Source: Azolla caroliniana
Taxonomy: Eukaryota > Plantae > Polypodiophyta
Length of the DNA stretch: 64,000 bases
Assembly: GCA_043228905.1 (NCBI GenBank)
Contig: JBHGNT010000012.1
Location: 13,578,001-13,642,000, forward strand
Direction: 5' to 3'
Made by a program: the position numbers and the translations under genes. Below, piece by piece: positions 25,001 through 36,200 of the stretch (positions are counted from its first letter, which is position 1; each line of letters opens with the position of its first letter). The notes under the pieces are model-generated. The model saw only the letters and a program-made list of their open reading frames with translations. It had not been told where the DNA came from and did no database searches.

Positions 25001-28000
25001 ATGTCGAAAGCTCCAACGGAAAGAGCACGACAACAAAGCTAAAGCTGCAGACCATAAAGGTCAGATTCCTAATGTCCTTTAGGTCTATACACATCATTTA
25101 AGTAATTGTCAATGTTCTTTCCCTCACTATGTATTAGGTCCCAATGATTTACTACGTGCAAATGGGTATATCAATGGATCTCCCGTACAATTTTTATTTG
25201 ATTCGGGAAGCTCACACAATTTTGTGAATGATCGTTTGGTTCAGATATGGGGAATCCAACCCACCGTAAGTGATCACACCTACAGGGTGCACTTGGCTTA
25301 TGGAAGAGTACAATACATCAACGAGGCGATTCATTCATTACGAATTTCTATTGATACTTACATAGAGGAAGTGGACTTCCATGTAATGAATCTTTGTACC
25401 ACCGATGTAATCCTGGGTTATCCCTAGTTTTATAATAAAAACTCTTCTTTATTTATTGATTGGGTTCGCCATTCCATTTTTTTGTACTGAACGATTATAC
25501 GCATTTTATTCAATGTGTAAAAAAACAATCCCTCTCGATTGTTTCCTTGTGTCCATCAATATCAGAGTTGTCTTGTTCTACTCTATTTTATTGTGTACTT
25601 GATCCGGACATTCACGTTTATAATATCGATAATGTCTCGGTTCAATTAACGTATTTTGAACAACAACAACTTGATGAAATCTTAAATGATTTTCATGATG
25701 TTTTTCCAAGTGAAGTACCAGATGGGTTAACTCCTAAACGTAATATAGACCATCGTATAGATATTGTACTTGGCGTTGCACCAATAAGTATAACTCCTTA
25801 TCGCTTAAGTCGATCTGAAGAGGATGAGGTATCTAAGCAACTCAGGGACTATTTACGAATGGGTTATATATACGTTATATTAAATCTCCATGGGGTGCAC
25901 CAATTCTCTTGGTTAAAAAGAAAGAGGGCACATGGCGTATGTGTATTAATTACTGACGCTTGAATAACGTAACGATCAAGAATTCGTACCCATTGCCTCG
26001 GGCTGACGATCTAATTGACCGACTCCAAGGAGCTCGGTATTTTACAAAACTTGATCTCCGTACTGGCTACCATCAAATACGAATAAGTAAGGACAATGTT
26101 CCTAAAACGACATTTCGTACGCGCTATGGCCATTACGAGTTTTTGGTTATGCCTTTTGGTTTTGCGAAAGTCTCTTCGTAATTACTCCCAATTGACGACA
26201 TCGTTAACTGATCTTTTAAAAGGTCAAATGCGTAAGTCTACAAAACCTATTGTGTGGAATGCTACACTAGACCTCGCCTTTAAGGCACTCAAGGACCTGG
26301 TTTGCAAGGCTCCTTCACTTCTTTTACCTAATCCTTCAAAACCTTTTGAGGTTGAAACCGATGCAAGCGATTATGCTATAGGTGTTGTCTTGTATCAAGA
26401 TGGTAAACCAATAGCATTCGAGAGTAAGAAACTTGATTCTGCTCTATGTCGGTATACCGTTCAAGAAAAGGAATTATTTGCAGTTATACATGCGCTCAAA
26501 ACATGGCACCATTATCTTTATGGAAATCGCTTTGTGGTAACTACGGACCACGAGTCCTTGAAATATTTTTGTGACCAACAACGCCTGAAAGGTCGTAAGG
26601 CACGATGGCCTGATCTCATCCAGGACTTTGATTTTTCCATACGATATCGTAAAGGTTCCATGAACACTATCCCTGATGCACTAAGTCGCATTCGTGAAGT
26701 TAACATGCTTAGCGTCACTGAAATAACATCAGATCTTTATGATCACCTTCGAGGAAAGTATCCTGATGACAGTTCTTTTGCAAAATACTGGGCAATAGTT
26801 GAGTTTGGAACAGACACCACCACATCCTCGAAGGAATACTTCCACATTGCTAACGGTTTGCTCTACCGTAATGGGAAGCATTGTATTCGAGATTTACCCG
26901 AGGTCAAAAAGAGGATTCTTTTTGAATGCCATGATGCACCCTCAGCAGGGCACCCTAGAATACATCATACACTCGTTCTCATCTCCACTCAATTTTATTA
27001 GCCTAAGATGCGTCCTGACATACATAGCTATGTGACTAAATGTCACCAGTGTCAGGTTAACTAAGCCGAGCAACTTAAAGCCACTGGACTTTTACATCCC
27101 TTGGACATTCCCAATAATAAGTGGGAAAGTATATCCATGGATTTTATTGTTAGCCTTCCTCACACCCAAAAAGGTCATGATGCCATCTGGGTTGTCGTTG
27201 ATCGACTAACTAAGATGGCCAGATTTATTGCTACTAAAACCACGGTAATAGCTCCTGAATTGGCTTACCAATTCGTTGACGAATTATTTCGTTTTTATGG
27301 GTTACTGATGGATATCGTGAGTGATCGAGATCCAAAGTTCACTAGTGACTTCTGGACGCAAGTCTTTAAGAAGTTAGAAACTATGTTGAGCATGAGCTCC
27401 ACGGATCATCCTCAATCCGATGGACAGATAGAACGAGTAAATCAAATTATTGAGGACATGCTTCGAGCATACGTTGGTGGAAAACCAACAAAATGGGAAC
27501 GTTATCTCCCAATTTTGGAGTTTGCTTATAACATCTCCAAGCATACGTCGACGGGATATAGTCCTTTTATGTTGATGTATGGTTTTCAGCCAGGAGCCTC
27601 GATTGATGTTAATATACATCATGATGAGTTGTGAAGTATGCAAAACTTTCTTCGGGATATGCAAGATATGGTGCATATTGCACGAGATAATATAAAAACA
27701 GCTGAAGATAGAGCGCGTTTTTATGCCGATCATCATAGGCAACCTCGTGTATTCAACCCTGGACAGAAGGTATTTTTACGTGTACCTCATAATTCTAAGA
27801 CATTGTCTACGGGTAAGTGCGCTAAGTTAGCCCCATGGTTTTGTGGACCTTTTACAGTCCTCAAACGCATTGGGTCATCATCCTATCGTCTTGCTCTTCC
27901 TGATGGTGTTGGAATTCATCCAGTCTTCCATGTGAGTCGTCTAAAAGAACTTCTAGGTTCTGGCGACAATACAGTTACAACCGAAACTTTGGTTACTTCT

Positions 28001-28658
28001 GAAGAATTATCTTGTAAACCACATGTACCAAAAAGAATTCTCGATGTTAAAACATAAAAATTACGTACTAAAGAAATCCGAGATTAAAATAAAAAGGATG
28101 GATAAATCAATAAAAGATGCCACATGGGAACGCGAAAATACTCTCACAACAAATTTCCCTAACTTTCCATTGCAAGAGTGCAATGTTTTAAAGAGGGGGA
28201 GTATGTTACGGGCATGACCATTTAATATCCCGTGGTGAGAATTTACCTTAGTATTCTATACACATGGATAAGTGTGAGGGTTAAACGAGAGTGTAAAGAA
28301 GGGGAGGATTACTTTTAATCCTCGGGATTGAGACAACCCATTAGGTGAAGTGGGAACTTGCCTGGGGGCCTTGGGTATCGCTATAAATAAGAGGCCTAGC
28401 TACCCTCATTTGATCATTTTTTGACTACATCGAGACTCTGCTCTTGTGGTGGGTCAACTCTTGTAGCGAGTGCGCCAGCACCAGGTACGACTCGACGCCA
28501 CGGCGATGGTATGGGACGCCGATCGAGGCTCGAGTCCGTCTCGATCCCTTCACTCGGGGGTGGTTGGGTGCATCGGCACCCTTCTTTCTCTTTCTCCTTT
28601 CTATCTATCATTACTTTATCCTTATCTTAAGCTTACTTTAGTACCTAGATCTCTAATA
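22044..28658 (+). mobile_element. Chromovirus element, both LTRs and TSD intact, RT core deleted
   Basis: LTRs 22044-22498 and 28204-28658 (about 15 substitutions); TSD ATAAG at 22039-22043 and 28659-28663; PBS at 22501; PPT AAAGAGGGGGAGTA. Confidence 0.97.
24140..28203 (+). pseudogene. pol: Chromovirus gag-pol with stops, frameshifts and a ~340-bp RT deletion at ~26160
   Basis: ORF fragments from 24140 to 28057; MPFG is joined directly to LRKSLRNY, compared with 46561-46910. Confidence 0.92.
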
Positions 28659-28733
28659 ATAAGCAAGATAACAAGATTGTCACAGACAAGTAGACGAGGC
28701 TCAATATTAAGAAAGCATAGACAAGAGAACAAG

Positions 28734-28735
<2 letters not shown>

Positions 28736-28780
<45 letters not shown>
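28736..28780. repeat. (AG)n microsatellite in the Tcn1-like LTR
   Basis: About 22 AG units. Confidence 0.95.
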
Positions 28781-28783
<3 letters not shown>

Positions 28784-29028
28784 GACAAATGAACAAGAAC
28801 TGAATTATGCTTTGGTAATTCGTGTTATTCACCTTGATTGTAATCAAGATGCATCCTAGTATTTATACAAGAATGTGGAGGTATGCATGAAAGCTGGAAA
28901 ATTTCTATAGAGTGCATGGAAACTTTTAGAGAGTACATGAAGATGCTTTGTCTAGAAGGTTCTTGAAAGTTCTAGTGATCAATCTATAATGAAATAAGTT
29001 GAATTTTATACAATACAATAATGCATAG

Positions 29029-29100
29029 ATGGATGTAGCTCAATTGCTAAGGTTGCCCAATAAGACCAGATGGTTATGGGTTCAACCCCCACCAATCCAT
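29029..29100 (+). other. tRNA-like cassette in the U3 tip of the Tcn1-like LTR
   Basis: 72 nt; ATGGAT/ATCCAT acceptor-like stem; A box TAGCTCAATTG; T arm TGGG-TTCAACC-CCCA; no convincing anticodon arm. Confidence 0.6.
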
Positions 29101-29524
29101 GTGGTATCCTGTCTATGACAGACGGCACTCGGTTGACGTTATCAAGCACATATCTCCAATGCCGACTATTCGGCATGCTCCTTCAGTTCCTATTTTTACA
29201 AGACCGTGGTCTCTAGTATTTTCGGTTGGGGTTTAGGTGGAATGATGCACCCGAATCGACCACCCATGTCGATTTTTCACCGGCGAGGTTGACTTCATTT
29301 TATTTATTGATGAACAACAACTCCTCTTCACTCGCGGTGATTACTGAGGTGTTCCTTTTGTTTGGAATATTCTTTGGCTCTACACCATCAACTTCCCCTT
29401 TCTCTTTCCAAAATTGTCGACAATTCTTTTGAAAGTACCCTGGCTTCCCACAATAAAAGCACGCGGGCCTTCCTCTCAACTTCGACCTCGTCCCCGATTT
29501 ATCTCGATTCTAGGGACTTCTATT

Positions 29525-30199
29525 TCAGCCTCTTCCGCGATTCATGTCACTTTCCGTGACTAAGATCTTTGGGTCGGCAATGGACTCTCTATCCTTTCGG
29601 CAAGCTTCCTCGTTCAGTAAGCTTGACTTCACCCCTTCCAGGGATAGATGGTTCCCTTCCGGTTCGGCATTGCCCAATGTGACAATGAGTGTCTCCCAGC
29701 TATCCGGAAGGGATCCCATCAGTAATAGTGCTAGTACCTTGTCTTTAAGAGGTACTTCTCGAGAGGTGGTTTGGTTTATGAGTCCTTGGAAGGCATTCAG
29801 GTGCTCCACCATGATGGAACCATCCTGATACCTTAGTCTTACTATCTTTCTGAAGACTGAGACCCTATTCACAACGTTCATATTCTCAAACATGAGGCCG
29901 ATCTTCTTCCACAGAATTTCGGCATCTGTCTCCTCATTGAAATTGTTGTATAGACTCATGTCTATAAAACACCTCATGTATGTCGCCGCTTTCAGATGCA
30001 TGACTTCCCAAGTCGCTGCATCGATCTTGTCTAGCTTCGTCTTGTCGTATTGCACTGATAACCATAGGTCTTTGCACACGAGTATATCCCGCATCTTCGA
30101 CTTCCACACTGAATAGTTGGAGTTGGTTAGCTTGAACATTTTGCCAAATGTGTCTTCCATCGCTCCCATAGCACTGATTAGGATCGTTACTAGCTCCAA
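29525..30199 (-). pseudogene. gag: Copia-3 gag
   Basis: 224-aa ORF with UBN2-type gag motifs; downstream knuckle and protease are in broken frames. Confidence 0.85.
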
Positions 30200-30877
30200 C
30201 CGGTTTCACGTATACGTATTCGGGTGCAAAGAACATGAGTAAGATAATGCACAGGCAAAAAACAGAAAAAACAAGTACAGAGACACAATATTTTTTTATG
30301 TGGAAAACCTCGTAAGGGAAAAACCATGGGGGTCCCAAACCCCAAGAAAATGAATCATTATAAAGAGATGAAATACAAGGAGAATCAAAAGGCAACTGTT
30401 GTACGATTTAGGGTTAGGGATGACGATTATGATAGCATGATGAAAATGATGAAGATAGACATGGTGTAATGGTGGAGATGATGAATGGTATGATGGTAAG
30501 AGAGAACATGAAGAACAAGACAAGCACTGAGGGGTGGGGGGTGGTGCCTAGAATGGCTCCAACCCCCTCCCAAGGGGGTTCAACATTAAGGGGGAAGAGA
30601 GAGAGAAAGAGAGAAATGACAAGAGAGAGATTGAGAGAAAGGTTCCTTTTTTCTTTCATTCCCCATAAGGGGTTAAATAGGTACAAAAGGGAAGATACAC
30701 AAGGGTGCAAGCCCCTTGGGCATTCACACCTAGTTACTCACTCACACCTCTTTGTATCCACCACACTCACACTTACATTCACACTCATAATCGTATAACA
30801 TTACACATACATTACATCTTTCACCCTCACTTATCACACTTATCAATCACACGTACGTCTCATACGGTAACACACTA

Positions 30878-30893
30878 TGGCACGCCCGTGGGA
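30878..30893 (+). promoter_or_regulatory. PBS, tRNA-Arg-like
   Basis: TGGCACGCCCGTGGGA, 5 nt after the left LTR. Confidence 0.75.
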
Positions 30894-30974
30894 GAGTGCC
30901 TTGCACGTCGATCCCACATGCCTTGATCATAATCTTTCTTCGACCGGAACTTCCATTGGTCCTCTCAACGATCA

Positions 30975-31186
30975 ACTCCCTCGATCGAAGCGCTTGACTC
31001 GAACATCTTTGTCAATCAGCGAATCTTCATTGACATGAACATTCTCGTTTTGTCGTTCACGAACTTCAATAACATCAACAATGGACTCCCTCGATCGGGG
31101 CGCTTGACTCGAACATCTCCTTCGGTCAGCGACTTCATCGACACGAACATTCTCGTTCTGTCAGCTCACAAACTTTGGTAACATCA
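30975..31186. repeat. Two diverged ~110-bp tandem units
   Basis: ACTCCCTCGATCG..CGCTTGACTCGAACATCT..GAACATTCTCGTT at 30975 and 31085. Confidence 0.85.
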
Positions 31187-32347
31187 TTCGGGTCGTCAAA
31201 AAGACATTGTGTGTATATGTGTTCTTCTTTGTATCTTGTAAATTGTGTGTGGATCGCGTCCATTTCTTTTAGGTTCATGAGTTTTCGACATTTCGTAGGT
31301 GCCCTTTGATTTTTTTCAAATTTTGACAATGCCATCATGTTTTTCGAAATTCTTCGGATGCACTCAGGTTTTCAAAACTCCTCAAATGCCCCTTATCATT
31401 CTCTTTTTCCCTCTTTTTTCTTTTCTTGTTTCCTTCTTTTTCTCTTGCTTCTGTCGTTTCCCTCCTTTCTATCTGTCTGTCTCCTCCGATTCCTTCCTTC
31501 TTCTTCTTCTTGTTTTCTTCTTCTTCAATGTCTCTTTCTCCGTGTTTACTATTTCTTCTTCCCTTCTCTCTTTCTTTCCTTCATCTCCGTTTTCTGTTTC
31601 TTCTTCCTTCTTTCACCACCGTTATGTCCATTGTCCTCCATGGCTGTCATGCTCTGTTCTTGTGTGTTGTTGTGTGTCATTGTGTCTGTACAACCTTCTC
31701 TATTCATCTCCGTCTCAGTCTCTGTTTTTGTTTCAGTTTCTATTTGGCCGCTCGTCCGTCGTTCCGGATCCATCTCCGACTGTGGCCATCTCCGACCGTT
31801 GTCTGGCCGTCTCCGTTTGGCATTTCCGGTTCCGGCACCGGCTTTGGCTGCATTGTCGTTACAGCTGCCATCGTTACTCCATTTGCGTTTTCCATCCGGC
31901 CTATTCATCTTTGTCTTTTTGGTTGTCTCTCGCACCACGCTATCCTGCACATGCACATTGTCACTAACCGCACATTTGCACATTGTCGTTTCCATTCTCG
32001 CACACTCACGTAACGTCATCATTCTGTGACTTCCTCTCATACATTGTCATCGTTTTCGTACATCTTTGGCACCATTTCTTGGACATTTACGACAAAAATA
32101 GATGAAACAAAACATACACATATAGAGATTAATTCGTTGTAGAATTATGCGGCAGTTAATCTTCCATTTTGGACTTCTTTCGCACAACGCCATCAATTCC
32201 ATTTTTTGCACATCTTCATTGCTTCTCCCACATCGTCGTTGCCATTTGGCGCATGTCATCATCATTTCTTGCACGTCTCTCACATATCATCGTCACTATG
32301 CTCGAATTGCCGCGTATTATTGTTTGACTCCGTCTCCAAAAGGGATA

Positions 32348-32364
32348 TCCCATCATGGTCGCCA
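32348..32364 (-). promoter_or_regulatory. Second PBS-like site (tRNA-Arg-like) at the PPT position
   Basis: Minus strand TGGCGACCATGATGGGA, 5 nt inside the right LTR. Confidence 0.6.
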
Positions 32365-33258
32365 AAAGGTGTTATATGTTTTAGGGTTAGGAATGACGAT
32401 TATGATAGCATGATGAAAATGATGAAGATAGACATGGTGTAATGGTGGAGATGATGAATGGTATGATGGTGAGAGAGAACATGAAGAACAATACAAGCAT
32501 TGAGGGGTGGGGGATGGTGCCTAGAATGGTTCCACCCCCCTCCCAAGGGGGTTCAACATTAAGGGGGAAGAGAGAGAGAAAGAGAGAAATGACAAGAGAG
32601 AGATTGAGAGAAATGTTCCTTTTTTCATTCATTCCCCATAAGGGGTTAAATAGGTACAAAAGGGAAGATACACAAGGGTGCAAGCCCCTTGGGCATTCAC
32701 ACCTAGTTACTCACTCACACCACTTTGTATCCACCACACTCACACTTACATTCACACTCATAATCGTATAACATTACACATACATTACATCTTTCACCCT
32801 CACTTATCACACTTATCAATCACACATACGTCTCATACGGTAACAGCAACTACCTTGAGACCTTCGTTGTCTAACAGACAGTTACAGAGGAGACAATCAC
32901 ATACTCTCACTCTCTCGCTCTCTTTGACTTAGTTATAGAGGCAACTACTCATAGTAACTGTACAACTATAACGATACACACACACCATTAAGTTTGCCCT
33001 AGTTGTATTTATACATATACAACTTTCTAGCTATCTACATGTATAGCCCACATGGGGCACATTTAGACGATTTACAAATATAGTCTCCCGAATCGGTTAT
33101 ATGATCGGTTTTTGGTTTTTGGCCTCGACCAAATTACCCACTTATTCCACCCGATTCAGTGGAGAGACCTGTTATCTAACAAGAGTAAAGCTTCGTGAGG
33201 TCGTTCGTCATTCGTCGATCTCGCCAAATGTGGCTTCGAGCTCCACATGGAAGGCGGG

Positions 33259-36200
33259 TGTTAGAGCTTAGATCTAAAGTAACAATATGATAAGGATAAA
33301 AGATAGATAAATAAGAAAGGACAGAGAAAAAGAAGTGTGCCAATGCACCCAACCACCCCCGAGCAAAGGGATCGAGACGGACTCGAGTCTCGATCAGTGT
33401 CCCATACCACCGTCGTGGCGTCGAGTCGTGCCTGGTACTAGCACACTCGCTACAAGAGTTGACCCACCACAGAACGGAGTCTTGACGTAGTCAAGAGGTG
33501 ATCAAATGAGGGTAAGTAGGCCTCATATTTATCGCGAGACCCAAGGCCCCCAAGCAAGTTCACACTTATCATAATGGGTTGTCTCAATCTCAATGATTAA
33601 AAGTAATCATTCCCTTCTCTACACTCTCTTTGAACCCTCACACTTTATCCACATGTATAGAATACTACGGTAAATTCTCACCATGGGATATTATAAGGTC
33701 ATGCCCGTAACATACTCCCCCCCACTTTAAACCATTGCACTCATGCAATGGAAAGTTAGGGAAGTTAGTTCTAAGAGTATTTTTGCGTTCCCATGTGGCA
33801 TCTTTTATAGACTTTTCCACCCATTTAAGTTTAAATTCTCGGATTATTTTAGAATGCATAATGTTTGTTTTAGCATCAATAATTCTTTTTGGTACATGTG
33901 GTTTAGAAGATAATTCTTCAAAAGTAACCAAAGTTTCAATTGTCTTTGTATTGTCGCCTGAACCTAGAAGTTCTTTTAGATGATTTACATGAAAAACTTG
34001 ATGAATTTCAATGCCATCGGGAAGAGCGAGATGATAGGCTAATGAACCAATGTGTTTGAGGACTTGAAAAGGTCCACAAAACCATGGGGCTAACTTAGTG
34101 CACTTACCCATAGACAATGTCTTAGAATTGTGAGGTACACGTAAAAATACCTTCTGTCCACGGTTGAATACACGAGGTTGCCTATTATGATCGACCTAAA
34201 AACGCGCTCTATCTTCAGCTGTTTTTATATTATCTCGTGCAATATGCAACATATCTTGCATATCCATAAGAAAAATTTTCATACTTCGCAACTCATCATG
34301 ATGTATATTAACATCATCGGGGCTCGTTGTTGGAAACCATATATCAACATAAAAGGACTATATCTCGTCGACGTATGCTTGGAGTTGTTATAAGCAAACT
34401 CCAAAATTGGGAGATAACGTTCCCATTTACTTGGTTTTGCACCAATGTATGCTCGAAGCATGTTTTCACTAATTTGATTTACTTGTTCTATCTGTCCATC
34501 GGATTGAGGATGATCCGTGGAGCTCATGGTCAATGTAATTTCTAACTTCTTAAAGACTTGCGTCTAGAAGTCACTAGTAAACTTCGGATCTCGATCACTC
34601 AAGACATCCATCGATAACCCATAAAAACAAAATAACTCGTCAATGAATTGGTAAGCCAACTCAGGAGCTATTACCGGGGTTTTGGTAGCAATAAATTTGG
34701 CCATTTTAGTTAGTCGATCAACCACAACATAGATGACATCATGGTCTTTTTGGGTGCGAGGAAGGCTAACAATAAAATCCATGGATATACTTTCCCACTT
34801 ATTATTGGAAATGTCCAAGGGATGTAAAAGTCCAACGACTTTATGTCGCTCAACTTTGTTAACCTGACACTAGCGACATTTAGTCACATAACTATGTATG
34901 TCAGGACACATCTTAGGCCAAAAGAATTGAGTGGAGATGAGAACGAGTGTAGGATGTATTCCTAGGAGCCCGGCTGAGGGTGCATCAGAGCATTCAAAGA
35001 GAATTCTCTTTTTGACCTTAGGCAAATTTGGAACACAAACCTTCCCATTACGGTAGAGCGACCGTTAGTAATGTGGAAGGATTCCTTTAAGGATGTGGTG
35101 GTGTCTATTCCAGACTCAACTCTTGCCCACTATTTTGCAAAATAACTATCATCAAGATACTTTCCTCGAAGGTGATCATAAAGATCTAATATTATTTCAG
35201 TGAATCTAAGCATGTTAACTTCACGGAGGCGACTTAGTGCATCAGCGACAGTGTTCATGGAACCTTTACAATATCGTATGGAAACATCAAAGTCCAGGAT
35301 GACATCTGCCCATTGTGCCTTACGACCTTTCAAGTCTTGTTGGTCACAAAAATATTTCAAGGACTCGTGGTCCGTAGTTACCACAAAACATTTTCCATAA
35401 AGATAATGGCGCCATGTTTTGAGCGCATGTATAACTGCAAATAATTCCTTTTCTTGAATGGTATACAAACATTGGGCAAAATCAAGTTTCTTACTCTTGA
35501 ATGCTATTGGTTTACCATCTTGATATAGGACAACACCTATAGCATAATCGCTTGCATCGGTTTCAACCTCAAAAGGTTTTGAAGGATCGGGTAAAAGAAG
35601 CGACGGAGCTTTGCACACCAGGTCCTTGAGTTCCTTAAAGGCGATGTCCAGTGTAGAATTCCACACAATAGGTTTTGTAGACTTACGCATTTATCCTTTT
35701 AAAAGATTAGTAAACGGCTTCGTCAATTGGGAGTAATTTCGATGAGATTTTCACAAAAACCCACAAAACCAAGGAATGATCGAACTTCTCGAATATTCTT
35801 CAGAGTGGGCCAAAGTTTGATTTTCTCGATGCGAGAAGGATCAATTTCAACTCCTCGTTCGGTTATTAGATGTCCAAGATAAGTAATTGATTTCTTGAAG
35901 AACTCACATTTTGAGATATTCGCGTAAAACTAATTGTCATGCAAAGTTTGTAAAACAAAGCGGACATGTTTAGCATGTTCTTCTAATGTACGACTATAAA
36001 CTAGAATATCATCGTAGAAAATAACGACAAATTTTACAAGTTGTCGGAAAATTTCATTCATTTCTTGTTGAAATGTGGTCGGAGCATTGATCAAACCAAA
36101 AGGCATAACCAAAAACTTATAATGGCCATAGTGCGTACGAAATGCCGTTTTAAGAACATCTTCCTCACTTATACAAATTTGATGGTAGTCCGTATGGAGG

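Larger units (their letters stand above)
20264..29120 (-). mobile_element. Tcn1-like Gypsy element, 3'-truncated: 5' LTR (29120-21991, interrupted), gag and protease
   Basis: gag PKISLPDK..., GATQAWF, YASEFRQ, PVPMEID, CLYCGASTHLICFC; protease ALLDSGATTCF. LTR TGTCATAG...GTGATA is restored by removing 22044-28663 (TSD ATAAG). Confidence 0.85.
30397..32845 (+). mobile_element. Non-autonomous 2449-bp LTR element (TRIM/LARD-like) with two convergent PBS-like sites
   Basis: LTRs 30397-30872 and 32370-32845; TSD GCAAC at 30392-30396 and 32846-32850; no gag or pol motifs seen internally. Confidence 0.93.
29121..33181 (-). mobile_element. Copia-3 (Tnt1/Tork-like) 5' part: LTR ~33181-30186 (interrupted), gag and protease
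   Basis: gag MFKLTNSNYSVWKSKM...LLMGSLPDSWETL; protease WVVDSGASFH; GTGGAAAACC...GAAAAACC LTR motif; degenerate PBS at ~30171-30180. Confidence 0.82.

Noticed and set aside
29029-29100. Functional tRNA gene
   Set aside because: No proper anticodon stem-loop and it lies within an LTR; reported as tRNA-like only.
30407-30419. Telomeric repeat TTTAGGGTTAGGG
   Set aside because: Only two units, at the start of both LTRs; not a telomere or interstitial array.
31299-32029. Three overlapping hydrophobic plus-strand ORFs (possible env or membrane protein)
   Set aside because: Pyrimidine-rich low-complexity strand open in all three frames; shadow of the purine-rich minus strand.
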